From positions 1 through 41,785 of the forward strand of contig CAIJOU010000953.1 in NCBI GenBank assembly GCA_903822375.1: 41,785 bases of DNA, in the 5' to 3' direction. Position 1 is the first letter of the stretch, and every line of letters begins with the position of its first letter. Under the pieces are notes generated by a model that did no database searches, was not told the DNA's origin, and was given only the letters and a program-made list of their open reading frames with translations. This DNA is from Candidatus Hydrogenedentota bacterium (GTDB lineage Bacteria; Hydrogenedentota; Hydrogenedentia; Hydrogenedentales; CAITNO01). A program made the translations under genes and the position numbers. Below are positions 26,201 through 33,587 of this stretch, piece by piece.

Positions 26201-26805
26201 GTGTTCCGGACTTGACGGGCCTGTCCAGTGCTGACGCGTATTCGACACTACTCGCCGCACGGCTTGCCTTGGGTGTGGTGACGCAGGGATACAGCGACAC
26301 GGTTCCCGTGGGTTTCGTGATTAGCCAAAGCCCGTTTGCTGGCGCGCTTGTGCTGGTCGGCACCGCGGTGGACGGCGTTCTATCCCTGGGACCTGAGCCC
26401 ACCGTGCCGGACGTGGTCAATATGCTGCAGGTGGATGCGGAAAACGCAATTACCGGAGCGGGACTTACGGTGGGTACGGAAAGCGAGGACTATAGCGACA
26501 CAGTCCCCGCGGGCCAGGTCATCAGTCAGGACCCGCTTGCCGGAGACAGGGTCCCGCCGGACACGCCGGTGAACCTCGTTGTGTCCATGGGGCCCGAGCC
26601 CGTGACCGTGCCGGACGTGGTCGGCATGCAGCAGGCGGATGCGGAAAACGCGATTATCGGAGCGGGACTCAATGTGGGTACCGAAAGTTCGGAGAATAAC
26701 GACACAGTCCCCGCGGGCGAGGTCATCAGCCAAGACCCAGTAGGTGGCGACAGTGTTCCGCCGGGCTCGCCGGTGAACATCGTTGTGTCCTTGGGGTCCG
26801 TGTAG
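20236..26805 (+). CDS. Giant envelope protein: signal/lipobox-like N-terminus followed by 32 tandem PASTA domains, with no other domain
   Basis: ATG 20236 gives MKMYLYVLGVLVLAAVLGIGSGC. The remaining 2,159 aa tile exactly into 32 units of 65-69 aa, each with the PASTA pattern VPxVVGxxxxxAxxxIxxAGLxxGxVTxxYSxTVxxGxVISQxPxAGxxxxxGxxVxLVVSxG. Confidence 0.92.
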   Translation: MKMYLYVLGVLVLAAVLGIGSGCQPGEPVPVPDLVGHTQVDAVLALDAAGLVLGTVTEQYSENVAEGLVISQMPAFGNFLVPGEAVDLVLSKGLHPMVVPDVVGQTQLSATLAIIHAHLIVGEVTRQYDATVPSGSVVSQNPAAGASLEAGMGVDLVLSRGPQPVTVPNVVGMTQAAADSAIVAAGLVAGAVTNQYSATIPAGEVIDQTPAAGAIVPGGTVVALVVSKGPQPVTVPNVVGMTQAAAGTAITGAGLTAGAVTQQYSGTVPSGSVISQTPVAGASALPGTAVDLVVSKGPQPVTVPDVVGMTQSAAGTAIVGAALYVGEVTQQYSATVPSGQVVSQTPAAGTVVLPGTMVDLVVSKGPQPVTVPGVVGVTQAAASTAIINAGLTVGAVTQQYSATVPAGNVISQAPLAGASALPGTAVALVVSRGPQPVTVPNVVGMTQAAAGTALTGAGLAVGAVTQQYSATVTSGNVISQAPLAGASALPGAAVALVVSMGPQPVTVPNVVGMTQAAAGTAITSAGLTVGAVTQQYSASVPTGKVISQVPLAGESALPGAAVALVVSKGPQPVTVPDVVGVTQATAGTMITTAGLVVGAVTEQYSATVLSGRVISQNPLSGASVLPGTAVALVVSKGPQPVTVPNVVGMTQAAAGTAIANATLALGAVTEQYSATVAAGNVISQDPISGTSVLPHTAVALVVSKGPQPVAVPDVVGMTQAAAGTAITNAGLVVGSVTEQYSATVASGNVISQSPLAGESALPGAAVDLVVSKGPQPVSVPDVVGTPQATAEATIVGASLAVGVVTTQYSDTVASGNVISQSPLAGASELPGTPVDLVVSLGIRPVPDVVGLPQATAEAAITGANFTVGAVSTHYSSTVAAGNVISQFPLAGAFEVSGTPVDLVVSLGQAPVPNVVGMTQAAAEAAIVAADYTVGVVTKDYSATVPAGNVISQNPVADTPVPPGAPVDLVISLGPHPVTVPDVVGMAQAAAGSAITGAGLTVGSVSTEYSVTVPAGDVISQSPLAGDSVLPGTPVDLVVSLGHPLVPDVVGLSQAAAETAILAADFTVGAVTDQYSTTVPAGSVVSQSPLAGASATSGTPVDLVISLGPEPVTVPDVVGMAQAAAGSAITGAGLVVGVVTLQYSDTVAAGDVISQNPLAGETALTGSAVDLVVSNGPQPVLVPNVVGMTQADAEVAIIAAGLATGTATQAFSATVPVGDVVSQSPLAGTGVLPGSAVDLVVSKGPQMVTVPILVGLTINDAIVAILTAGLTTGAVTQVYSETVPAGYVISQSPLAGASVPLGSAVDGVLSLGPQPRVTVPDVVGTLQATAESTITGAGLTVGTVTTQYSPTIAAGNVISQSPLAGASVLSGAPVDLVVSLGPAPVPDVVGLPQATAEAAIVAADYTVGSVTLEYNLTVPTGNVISQSPLAGVIELPGTPVDLVVSLGPKPVVVPDVVGTPQAAAEAAIIGEGLTVGTVTQEYHATVPAGNVISQSPVGGTTALSGDPVALVVSLGHAPVPDVVGMTQAAAEAAIVAADYTVGTVTTAYSASVPVGDVISQNPVANTPVPPATPVALVVSLGPQPVPVPDVVGEPKDFAEATIVTAGLTVGTETGQYSDTVDVDTVISQNPVALTLVLPGSPVDLVVSLGPLTVPNLFNLPLADATTALTDLGYVVGVVTDAYSPTIPVGNVISQDPLAGWIEPVGTSVDLVLSKGPEPVPVPNVVGLPQAGAESLITGAGLVRGTVTTQYSDTIPSGSVISQAPLAGIIVMPGTPVDFVVSLGFVPVPDVVSLPQATAESTIVAAGYTVGNVSTQYSSTVPAGTVIGQNPLAGTPLPPGTPVDLTVSLGPQPIPVPDVVGMLQATAESTILSEGFTEGVVTEQYSATVVAGNVISQNPLAGALELPGTVVALVVSKGPEPVTVPDVVGLPEAGAEGVITAAGLTVGIVTDDYSITVPLGDVISQSPSAGNSVLPGVSVDLIVSKGPELVSVPDLTGLSSADAYSTLLAARLALGVVTQGYSDTVPVGFVISQSPFAGALVLVGTAVDGVLSLGPEPTVPDVVNMLQVDAENAITGAGLTVGTESEDYSDTVPAGQVISQDPLAGDRVPPDTPVNLVVSMGPEPVTVPDVVGMQQADAENAIIGAGLNVGTESSENNDTVPAGEVISQDPVGGDSVPPGSPVNIVVSLGSV
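20326..26802 (+). repeat. In-frame coding tandem repeat array, 32 units of 195-207 bp (one PASTA domain each)
   Basis: Units 1-11 (20326-22569) have an exact 204-bp period; for example GTTTCCAAGGG recurs every 204 bp from 20911 to 22543. Later units are mostly 198 or 204 bp, with 207-, 201- and 195-bp exceptions. The summed unit lengths (2,159 aa) account for every residue after the signal peptide. Confidence 0.95.
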
Positions 26806-26899
26806 ACTTAGCTGTAACCGTGCCGGGAGTGGCTGGCGTGCCGCAAACAGCCGCGCCGCCCGCTCCCGGTGAAGTGGAAAGTTCCTAACCATGAAAAGA

Positions 26900-26926
26900 A
26901 TATCCCCCGGCAACGCCGGGGGATAT
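26900..26926. terminator. Bidirectional hairpin terminator between convergent genes
   Basis: ATATCCCCCGGC-AAC-GCCGGGGGATAT, a 12-bp perfect stem. Flanked by TTGCTTG on the plus strand and TTCTTTTCAT on the minus strand. Lies between stop 26805 (+) and stop 26952 (-). Confidence 0.75.
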
Positions 26927-26951
26927 TTGCTTGTGCTGCAATACCAAAAGG

Positions 26952-28700
26952 TCAGTCTGTGACAGGCATCTCGTGGGTTACCCATTTGACCGCTTCGGGT
27001 GCATGACGGCGCTCACGGCCAACCTTGAGCGCCCGTTCGAGATTCAGCATGTGGACATTCTTGTCACAATGGGTGGCGGGCTCATAGGTCCAGCCCTTTG
27101 CCAGACGTTTGGCCTCGCGCTGCGTCGTGAAATGGACGAAGCGGCCGAGCAGGGGCGCCAGAACGCGCGTCTTCCAGCCGAATTCGGTGTACAGTGCCTG
27201 AAGGACGCCGTTGGCCTTTGCGTACATGGCGGGATCACTTCGGTACCACTGGCGCATGGCCCACACGGCGGCCGCATAGGTGTCGCCCAGACTTTTCGCC
27301 TCGCGCAGGAAGCGCTCGCGGATGCGCGCGTCTTCATGGTTCTTGTAGCGCTCCAAGCCTTCCAGCGTCACCCGGAACAGCCTCAGCAGGCTCGGCCCGT
27401 TGACTTCAAAATCGCGCTGGAACGCACGTAACAGAAACGCTGTTTCCCCTCCGGCGGGGATGTGGGCGTGGCGGTGCTTGAAACGGTACTGGCCGTGGGT
27501 GTCGGCGGGCGCCAGTTCCTGATCGGACAGAAGGGTGCCGTCCGCCTTATGCTGCCGGTGAAGCGGCGTGCCGGGAATCGGTGTGTAGAGCATGAACTGG
27601 TGGAATACCGTGTCGTGGCTCACGGCCCAGCTGATGACGTCCTCCATGTCCTCCGGGCGGTGCTCTTCCAGGCCGATAATCGTGGAACCGAGCACGCGCA
27701 TGCCGTGTTTCTCCAGCGAGCGGACCAGTTCGTGGGTGTCCACGCCGGATAGTTTCCCGTACTGGCTGTCACGGCCCTCAAGCCCCATCCAAACCCACGA
27801 GATGCCCAGTCCGACAAGCTGTTCCATGGTGTAGGACTTGAGCACGCGGGCGGAGCTGAACACGCTCAACGCCCAGCTCTTGCCGCGCTCGCGCATCAGT
27901 TCGAGCAGGCGCAGCGCCCGCTCCCGGTGGAACAGGAAGTTCTCGTCCATGACGAAGAACGACTGGGTCTGCAGTTCCCTTTCCAGCCGGTCCATCACCT
28001 CGAAGAGCGCATCGCCCGTTTCATAGAAATTGACACAATGCCCTTTTCCGCCAAACATGGCGGAGGTGGAGCAAAAATTGCAGCCCATGGGGCAGCCGAC
28101 CGAGGGAATGAGGATGGCCGCCGTGTCGCCCGTCCTTTCGGGGGACGTGATGCCAAAACTTCGCGCGCCAAACGCCGACAGGACTGCCGGATGGCGGACT
28201 GGGGCTTCGGTGTCCTGCCCAAGAAACTCCCGGAACCAGCGGATGCCGTCGCCCTTCACAACGTGGTCCGCGGCAAGGCGGTCCTCAATATTCTCCACAT
28301 TGGCGACATGGCCGCCGACCACAATGGTGGCGCAGGGCTGATACTGCCGCACCAGCGCGCACATCCGCTCCACCTTGCCGATGTTGGGCATGATTCCGCT
28401 GATGCCCACGACGTCATAGGTTTTGTCGCGAAGTTCCTCGATGAACCGGTCCTGCGTGGGGAAATCCAGCACCGTGCAGGGGCACTCGAGGTTGGCCTGA
28501 ATCATTAACAGACCGAACGAGCGGTGAAACATGCGAAGCGAGAAGGGGCCCTGAACCCGCGTGACCTGGTTGTGATACAGCTCCATCGGGTTGATGGCGC
28601 GGCTGCCGTACTCGTCGTCCTGCGCATAGGGGCCAAAGACACTGCACAACAGGACGCGGGCCTTGGTGCCGAGGGAATGTGTGGGATGGGTGGTTGTCAT
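26952..28700 (-). CDS. B12-binding-domain-containing (class B) radical SAM enzyme with a long helical C-terminal extension
   Basis: B12-binding-like Rossmann part (YDVVGISGIMPNIGKVERMCALVRQYQPCATIVVGGHVA...VVKGDG). Radical SAM cluster motif SVGCPMGCNFCS (CxxxCxxC). An Arg/Leu-rich C-terminal region of about 200 aa contains a single Cys, so no SPASM/twitch cluster. Start is taken at ATG 28700 (MTTTHPTH...); ATG 28790 or TTG 28823 are alternatives. Confidence 0.85.
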   Translation of the reverse strand: MTTTHPTHSLGTKARVLLCSVFGPYAQDDEYGSRAINPMELYHNQVTRVQGPFSLRMFHRSFGLLMIQANLECPCTVLDFPTQDRFIEELRDKTYDVVGISGIMPNIGKVERMCALVRQYQPCATIVVGGHVANVENIEDRLAADHVVKGDGIRWFREFLGQDTEAPVRHPAVLSAFGARSFGITSPERTGDTAAILIPSVGCPMGCNFCSTSAMFGGKGHCVNFYETGDALFEVMDRLERELQTQSFFVMDENFLFHRERALRLLELMRERGKSWALSVFSSARVLKSYTMEQLVGLGISWVWMGLEGRDSQYGKLSGVDTHELVRSLEKHGMRVLGSTIIGLEEHRPEDMEDVISWAVSHDTVFHQFMLYTPIPGTPLHRQHKADGTLLSDQELAPADTHGQYRFKHRHAHIPAGGETAFLLRAFQRDFEVNGPSLLRLFRVTLEGLERYKNHEDARIRERFLREAKSLGDTYAAAVWAMRQWYRSDPAMYAKANGVLQALYTEFGWKTRVLAPLLGRFVHFTTQREAKRLAKGWTYEPATHCDKNVHMLNLERALKVGRERRHAPEAVKWVTHEMPVTD

Positions 28701-28894
28701 GGGGTCATGGACCCTTTCTGCCGCCGCGGCAGGTACTGTGATTAGGCTTGAAACAGGTTTATGTGCGGTGATTTGAGTGTTTGTTTGCATTGGGGAAGCG
28801 GAGGCATGCGCCGGATCCGGCAAGTGCCCTGAACTTGGATGTTCTATAGGACGCGTTATCCTTTACCGATGGTCTGGATACCGGTTTAAAGATG

Positions 28895-28910
28895 GACTGA
28901 CTGGTCAGTC
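28895..28910. promoter_or_regulatory. Perfect 7-2-7 palindrome GACTGAC-TG-GTCAGTC in the divergent control region (candidate operator)
   Basis: Located in the locally AT-richer gap between the radical SAM gene (start 28700) and the ABC ATPase gene (start 29010), about 100 bp upstream of the latter. Confidence 0.3.
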
Positions 28911-29009
28911 ATTTAATTGTACCGCAGCGCGCGGTGGAATGCAACCCCAACGGGGTGCACAAGTGTAAAGGGTGTGGAAAACTGCATACCGGACCCGTCG
29001 CGTGGTAAA

Positions 29010-29918
29010 ATGGCGCGCATGGATTCATGCATCGTCATGGAGAACGTCACCAAGCGGTACGGGCGCACGGTGGCGGTGGGGGATCTCTCCCTTGAAGTCC
29101 GTCGGGGCGAGGTGCTGGGACTGCTCGGGCCAAACGGTGCCGGCAAGAGCACAACCATCGGCATGCTCAGCGGTTTGATCCGCCCCAGTTCGGGCCGCAT
29201 TTCCGTGTTCGGCCTCGACCTTGTCCGCAACCGCATCGACATCGCCCGCCGCATGGGCGTGCTGGTCGAACGTCCCGCCTTTCCTGAATATCTTTCCGTG
29301 CGGCGCGTGCTCAAGATCCACACGCTGCTGGCCGGCTCGAACGCCTCGGTGGAGTCGGTCATGGCGCGCACCGGGCTGACCCATGTTGCCCGCAGGCATG
29401 TGGGCGCGCTGTCTCAGGGCATGCGCCAGCGTCTCGGCATCGCCCAGGCCATCCTCACCGAGCCCGAACTGCTGGTGCTCGACGAGCCCACCTCGGGACT
29501 GGACGTGGAGGGCACGCGGGACACGCTGCGCTTTCTGCGCCGCCTGTGCAACGAGGCGGGGGTGACCATTGTGTTCTCCAGCCACCAGATGCAGGAAGTG
29601 GAGGCGTTGTGCGACCGCGTGGCCATTCTCAACGAGGGCGGACTGGTTGCCTGCGAGGAAAAGGAAACACTGCTTTCCTGGGACCTGAGTGAAGTGGACC
29701 TTCTGGTGGACCGTCCGGACGAGGCCGCCGTCCAGCTTGCCGGACTCGGCTGGGTCGTCTCGGTGGATGTGAGACCGGGCGGCCTTCATGTTCATTTGGA
29801 GGGCCCCAAGTCCGACGAACTGACGGCCTGGCTGATCGGAAGGGGTTTCCGGGTTTCCGGTGTGGTGCCGCACCGGCGCACGCTTGAGGACTACTTCCTG
29901 AGGGTCACCGAACCATGA
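29010..29918 (+). CDS. ABC transporter ATP-binding protein (ABC-2/DrrA-CcmA-like exporter type)
   Basis: Walker A GPNGAGKST, Q-loop, signature LSQGMRQRL, Walker B LLVLDEPTSGLD, H-loop SSHQM. C-terminal domain of about 90 aa. The start is ambiguous (ATG 29010, 29019 or 29037) and there is no clear SD. Confidence 0.9.
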   Translation: MARMDSCIVMENVTKRYGRTVAVGDLSLEVRRGEVLGLLGPNGAGKSTTIGMLSGLIRPSSGRISVFGLDLVRNRIDIARRMGVLVERPAFPEYLSVRRVLKIHTLLAGSNASVESVMARTGLTHVARRHVGALSQGMRQRLGIAQAILTEPELLVLDEPTSGLDVEGTRDTLRFLRRLCNEAGVTIVFSSHQMQEVEALCDRVAILNEGGLVACEEKETLLSWDLSEVDLLVDRPDEAAVQLAGLGWVVSVDVRPGGLHVHLEGPKSDELTAWLIGRGFRVSGVVPHRRTLEDYFLRVTEP

Positions 29919-30706
29919 TCGCGCGGGTCCTGCGGGCATATATGGCCGAGTTGATCAAGGGATTCCGGCTCCGGCAGGCGTGGGCGGGCCCCCTGGTGCT
30001 GATGGTCGTGCTGGCCGCCGCGCCGATTATGCGCCCCATCGCGCACGACGGCCGCAGCGATTACGATTTCATTGCCCTTGTCACCCCGGCCACACTCAAC
30101 CTGCTCGGTTTTCTGCTGCTGCTGTCGGGGTGCGCGAGCCTTGTGGCTCCGGAGATTGGCGGGGGCTCCATAAGGCTGTTCCTGGTCCGCCCCATTCGGC
30201 GCAGCGAGTATCTGCTCGCAAAGTTCATGGCCGGGGCAAGCTATGCCGCGCTGCTGACGGGGATTACCGCCGCGGGCTCCTGGAGCATGGCCTGGGCGAT
30301 GGGCGAGTTGCATGGGGTGGCCTTCGGCGGCGAACTGGTTTACACGAACGAGTCCATGGCCGAAGCCTATCTGGTCGGTGCCGCGCTCAGCCTGTTTCCC
30401 ATGCTCGCCGGGGTGGCCTGCGCGCTGCTCGCTTCGGTCTGCGCCCGCAGTTCAGGCACGGCCGTGACCGTGTCTGTGGGCCTTTGGCTGTGCGTGGACA
30501 TGATCAAGCATCCGCTCGGCATTGATGCCTATGTGTTCACCACCTACCTGGAGGCACCCTGGCAGGTGTTTGTGAACCGCTGCGACGGCCTTGACGCGGC
30601 ATGGTGGCCCATGGCCGGATGGTGCGCCGGCGTGTCGATCTGCACAGCCATTCCGGCCTTTGCACTGGCGGTGCTCGTGCTCCACCGAAGGAATTTCTCC
30701 GCATGA
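29915..30706 (+). CDS. ABC-2 family transporter permease
   Basis: 263 aa with about six hydrophobic helices. Begins with an ATGA overlap on the ATPase stop. N-terminus MIARVLRAYMAELIKGFRLRQAW is typical of NosY/ABC2_membrane-type permeases. Confidence 0.8.
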   Translation: MIARVLRAYMAELIKGFRLRQAWAGPLVLMVVLAAAPIMRPIAHDGRSDYDFIALVTPATLNLLGFLLLLSGCASLVAPEIGGGSIRLFLVRPIRRSEYLLAKFMAGASYAALLTGITAAGSWSMAWAMGELHGVAFGGELVYTNESMAEAYLVGAALSLFPMLAGVACALLASVCARSSGTAVTVSVGLWLCVDMIKHPLGIDAYVFTTYLEAPWQVFVNRCDGLDAAWWPMAGWCAGVSICTAIPAFALAVLVLHRRNFSA

Positions 30707-32187
30707 CCGCCCTCGTGGTTGCCTGCCTTGCGGCGGGGGCAATCACCTTCCAGCCGCAGGAGATGCCGGGCTTGAACGCGGGCCCGATTCTGTCTTTCAC
30801 CGTGCAGCCGTCCGTGAACTACCGTCAGGCGGACATGGACGGCGACGGTCTGGCCGACCTCGTGTTCGACAACGCCCTGTGGCTGCAGCAGGCCGGCCTG
30901 TTTCCCCCGGAACGCCGCCAACTCCTGCCCAAGGAGGCCGTCCGGGCGCTCATGGATGTGGACAACGGGCGGCTCTACTGCATACGTGATGGAAGACTGG
31001 TTGTTTTGCGCTGGCAGGACGGGGCGCTTGCGGCGGAAGTGGACCAGAAACTGGACTGGCCCGCCGATGAGAACGGGTCCAGCGCCGGCCTGGGCCGGTT
31101 TCTCCACGATCTGGACGGAGACCACCAGCCTGAACTCGTCGCCGTGGACGAGCACGGGGTCACGGTCTTTGCCAAGCGTGAAACGGGTTACGTGCAGGCG
31201 GCCCGGATGACCGGCATCCTGCCGGAACTGCGCTATCTTCAGGTTCCGCAGCAGCCTGTATGGCCCAAATCGCGGCGGGCGCTGGCTTTCCCGGCCCGGC
31301 AGGTGGCCTGCGATCTTCTTGTGGACGGACCGTCCCTCTCCATACTCTTTCGCGACCCGGTCCAGGCGGGGCAGTACGTGTTTCAACGGGAGACCCGAAT
31401 GCTCTCCGTCAAGGACGGTGAATATCAGGGGGGCGTGCCGGTGACAGTGCGCAGCGCGCCCGTTCCGGAGCATGTGCGCCCCTGTCGACTCAACGGGGAC
31501 GACATTCCCGACCTCGCCGGCTGCAAACGCGTTGATTCAACGGGCCGCACCGTTCCGGTTTCCATGGTGGAAACATGGGCCAGTCTCGATGACGGCAAAA
31601 CCTTTGACGTGCGCCGCGCCCCCGCAATGGACCGGTTCCTGCCGCAGGTTCCCTTTGTCGATTTCGACGGCGACGGACTGGTGGACATGGTCACCGAATC
31701 CACCAGTCTCTTCGAGGGTGGCACCCGGGAACTGGTGGAGCGCTTCATGACCCGCGCCTCCATCGGCCACACGGTGCGCGTCTATCCGCAGCAGCCCGGC
31801 GGGTTCGCACAAACACCCGCCGTCGAGTTTCAGGTGGAAATCACGCTCGAAGCGCCCCCGTGGCGCGTGCCCCCCATGTATGGCCGGTATCAGGCAGGCA
31901 CGCTCGTGAATGTTTCCGGCGATTTTGACGGTGACGGTCATCGCGACATCGCTGTGCGCGACCATGCCGACCGGGTGGGGGTGTGGCTGGCGCACGGGGG
32001 AACCTTCTTCGCCGCGCCCGATGCCGTGGTGCGCATCGACCCCGCCTCCGAATATGCGGTGGCGGATGTCAACGGCGACGGACGGTCGGATATTATCGAG
32101 ACCTGCGGGGCGGCGTCATCCTCCGCCAGGCCGGGGCGAACGGTGGTGGTCCATTTCGCCGTTTCCGGAAAGGGGGGCACTCCATGA
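30703..32187 (+). CDS. FG-GAP/VCBS-repeat (beta-propeller) protein with a hydrophobic N-terminus
   Basis: ATG 30703 overlaps the permease stop (ATGA). Hydrophobic N-terminus MTALVVACLAAGAI. Repeated Ca-binding-like DxDGDG motifs: DMDGDGLADLV, DLDGDHQPELVAVD, LNGDDIPDL, DFDGDGLVDMV, DFDGDGHRDIAV, DVNGDGRSDII. Confidence 0.8.
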   Translation: MTALVVACLAAGAITFQPQEMPGLNAGPILSFTVQPSVNYRQADMDGDGLADLVFDNALWLQQAGLFPPERRQLLPKEAVRALMDVDNGRLYCIRDGRLVVLRWQDGALAAEVDQKLDWPADENGSSAGLGRFLHDLDGDHQPELVAVDEHGVTVFAKRETGYVQAARMTGILPELRYLQVPQQPVWPKSRRALAFPARQVACDLLVDGPSLSILFRDPVQAGQYVFQRETRMLSVKDGEYQGGVPVTVRSAPVPEHVRPCRLNGDDIPDLAGCKRVDSTGRTVPVSMVETWASLDDGKTFDVRRAPAMDRFLPQVPFVDFDGDGLVDMVTESTSLFEGGTRELVERFMTRASIGHTVRVYPQQPGGFAQTPAVEFQVEITLEAPPWRVPPMYGRYQAGTLVNVSGDFDGDGHRDIAVRDHADRVGVWLAHGGTFFAAPDAVVRIDPASEYAVADVNGDGRSDIIETCGAASSSARPGRTVVVHFAVSGKGGTP

Positions 32188-33587
32188 CCTCCCTGATCTT
32201 TGCCGCATGCGGCTTCTGTTGCGGGGCGCTGTTCTCCCTGCAGACCATACCGGTGGAGCAGCCCGACGCCCAGTGTTTTTTTGCCGAAGCGGACGGCCGG
32301 GGTGGCGGCGACCTGGTGGTCATCGACGGTCGTCAGCTGACCGTGCATGTCGGCGCGGAGACGGGGGGGAAGCTCTCGATTCTGCTGGATCCCGAAAGCT
32401 CCGCCCTGGACATTGCGGACATCGACGGCGACGGCCAGCCGGATCTCGTCGTCGTTGCCGGAGACAGGGTGCTCAAGTACAGTCTGGAACCCACGGCCTC
32501 CCGCGATCCGCAGGTCCTGTTCTCCACGCACAGCCAATTGTCGGCCGCAGCGCCCCGGCCGTTTCCCCATGTGCTGGTGCTTGCACGCGGGGGGCGTCCG
32601 CTCATCGCACTGCCCACCGCGGAAAAGCTGGAACTGCGCGCGCCTTCGGGCGAGTTGGTCGAAAGTCATCCCATCGGCTTGGACGCGGCACACCGCGTCA
32701 GCTTCGGACAGCCCTTCAGTGCGCTTCCCGTTCAGCCCCCGCGCCTGGGCTTGCCCACCGCGCTGGAGTTGCGCGTCATCCAAACCGCCGCATTTGTGCC
32801 CGACCTGCCCGAGGGGCTTGCCCCCTTGGACTCCGGTGTCGCGCAGCAGTTTTCGGGCAGTGTCGCGCAGGCGGCCGTGGCGGCGCGCAAAGACCCGCCC
32901 GAATCCTGGCCGTGGTTCCGCCTGCACCCCTCGGGGGCGCAGGATGACGAGCGCGTGTTCTATGCGTATGACCCCGATGGGGCGCGGGAAACGCTGGTGC
33001 GCGTGCGCCGCGCGCTTCCGCCGGTGGCGGGACGGGGCCGCGAACTCAAGCTTTCTGGTGTCCAGCGCTATCCGGGCATGGCGGTTCCCTGCGCCACAAC
33101 CGTGCCCGATTTCAACGGAGACGGCTATGCCGACCTGCTGTTATGGAACGCCGCCGCCCCGGTGCCCACGGTGGGCGCCATAAGCCGGGCACTGACGGAG
33201 GGATACTGGTCCGTCCGGCTCACCGTGCATTTGTTCGACCCCGCTTCGGGCCGCTATTCCCCCGTTCCCTTTGCGGTCATCCCGTTGCAGGTGCCCGTGG
33301 CCTGGTTTCTGGCCGACCCGGGCAGCCCGCCCGTACGCCATCTGGTTCTGGACGAATTCAACGGCAATGACCGCACCGACCTGCTCTGCGCCACCGCGCC
33401 CGACAAACTGGCCGTCTGGGTGTCCGTTCCCTCGGGCATCCGGCCCGACCCCCTCCAGGTAATACAATTCCCCGGACCCGTCCAGCGGGTCGAACTGCGC
33501 GGTGATCTTGACGGCGAGGGAAGAATTAGTCTTGTGCTCAGCGGCCCGAAGACTTTCTACATTCTCCGCGCCCGCAAGGGCGGGTGA
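32184..33587 (+). CDS. Second FG-GAP/VCBS-repeat-like protein with a hydrophobic N-terminus
   Basis: ATG 32184 overlaps the preceding stop (ATGA). N-terminus MTSLIFAACGFCCGALFSL. Motifs DIDGDGQPDLVVVAGD, DFNGDGYADLLLWN, DEFNGNDRTDLLC, GDLDGEGRISLVL. Confidence 0.75.
   Translation: MTSLIFAACGFCCGALFSLQTIPVEQPDAQCFFAEADGRGGGDLVVIDGRQLTVHVGAETGGKLSILLDPESSALDIADIDGDGQPDLVVVAGDRVLKYSLEPTASRDPQVLFSTHSQLSAAAPRPFPHVLVLARGGRPLIALPTAEKLELRAPSGELVESHPIGLDAAHRVSFGQPFSALPVQPPRLGLPTALELRVIQTAAFVPDLPEGLAPLDSGVAQQFSGSVAQAAVAARKDPPESWPWFRLHPSGAQDDERVFYAYDPDGARETLVRVRRALPPVAGRGRELKLSGVQRYPGMAVPCATTVPDFNGDGYADLLLWNAAAPVPTVGAISRALTEGYWSVRLTVHLFDPASGRYSPVPFAVIPLQVPVAWFLADPGSPPVRHLVLDEFNGNDRTDLLCATAPDKLAVWVSVPSGIRPDPLQVIQFPGPVQRVELRGDLDGEGRISLVLSGPKTFYILRARKGG

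Noticed and set aside
20326-26802. A regular array with a period of about 200 bp; could it be a CRISPR array or satellite DNA?
   Set aside because: There is no repeat/unique-spacer alternation, the units are far longer than CRISPR repeats, and the array is one continuous ORF encoding a recognisable protein domain per unit.
26891-26962. 23-codon ORF (MKRISPGNAGGYLLVLQYQKVSL) between the PASTA and radical SAM genes
   Set aside because: Its sequence is essentially the bidirectional terminator hairpin read as codons. There is no RBS, and it overlaps the radical SAM stop.
28777-28968. Cys-containing 63-aa ORF (GTG start) between the radical SAM gene and the ABC operon; possible RiPP precursor?
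   Set aside because: It has a GTG start without an SD and lies across the AT-richer promoter-like region and the palindrome. It overlaps the alternative 5' extension of the radical SAM ORF. It shows no leader/core pattern and no conserved precursor motif, and the radical SAM enzyme lacks a SPASM or RiPP-recognition domain. Revisit only if Ribo-seq or conservation supports it.
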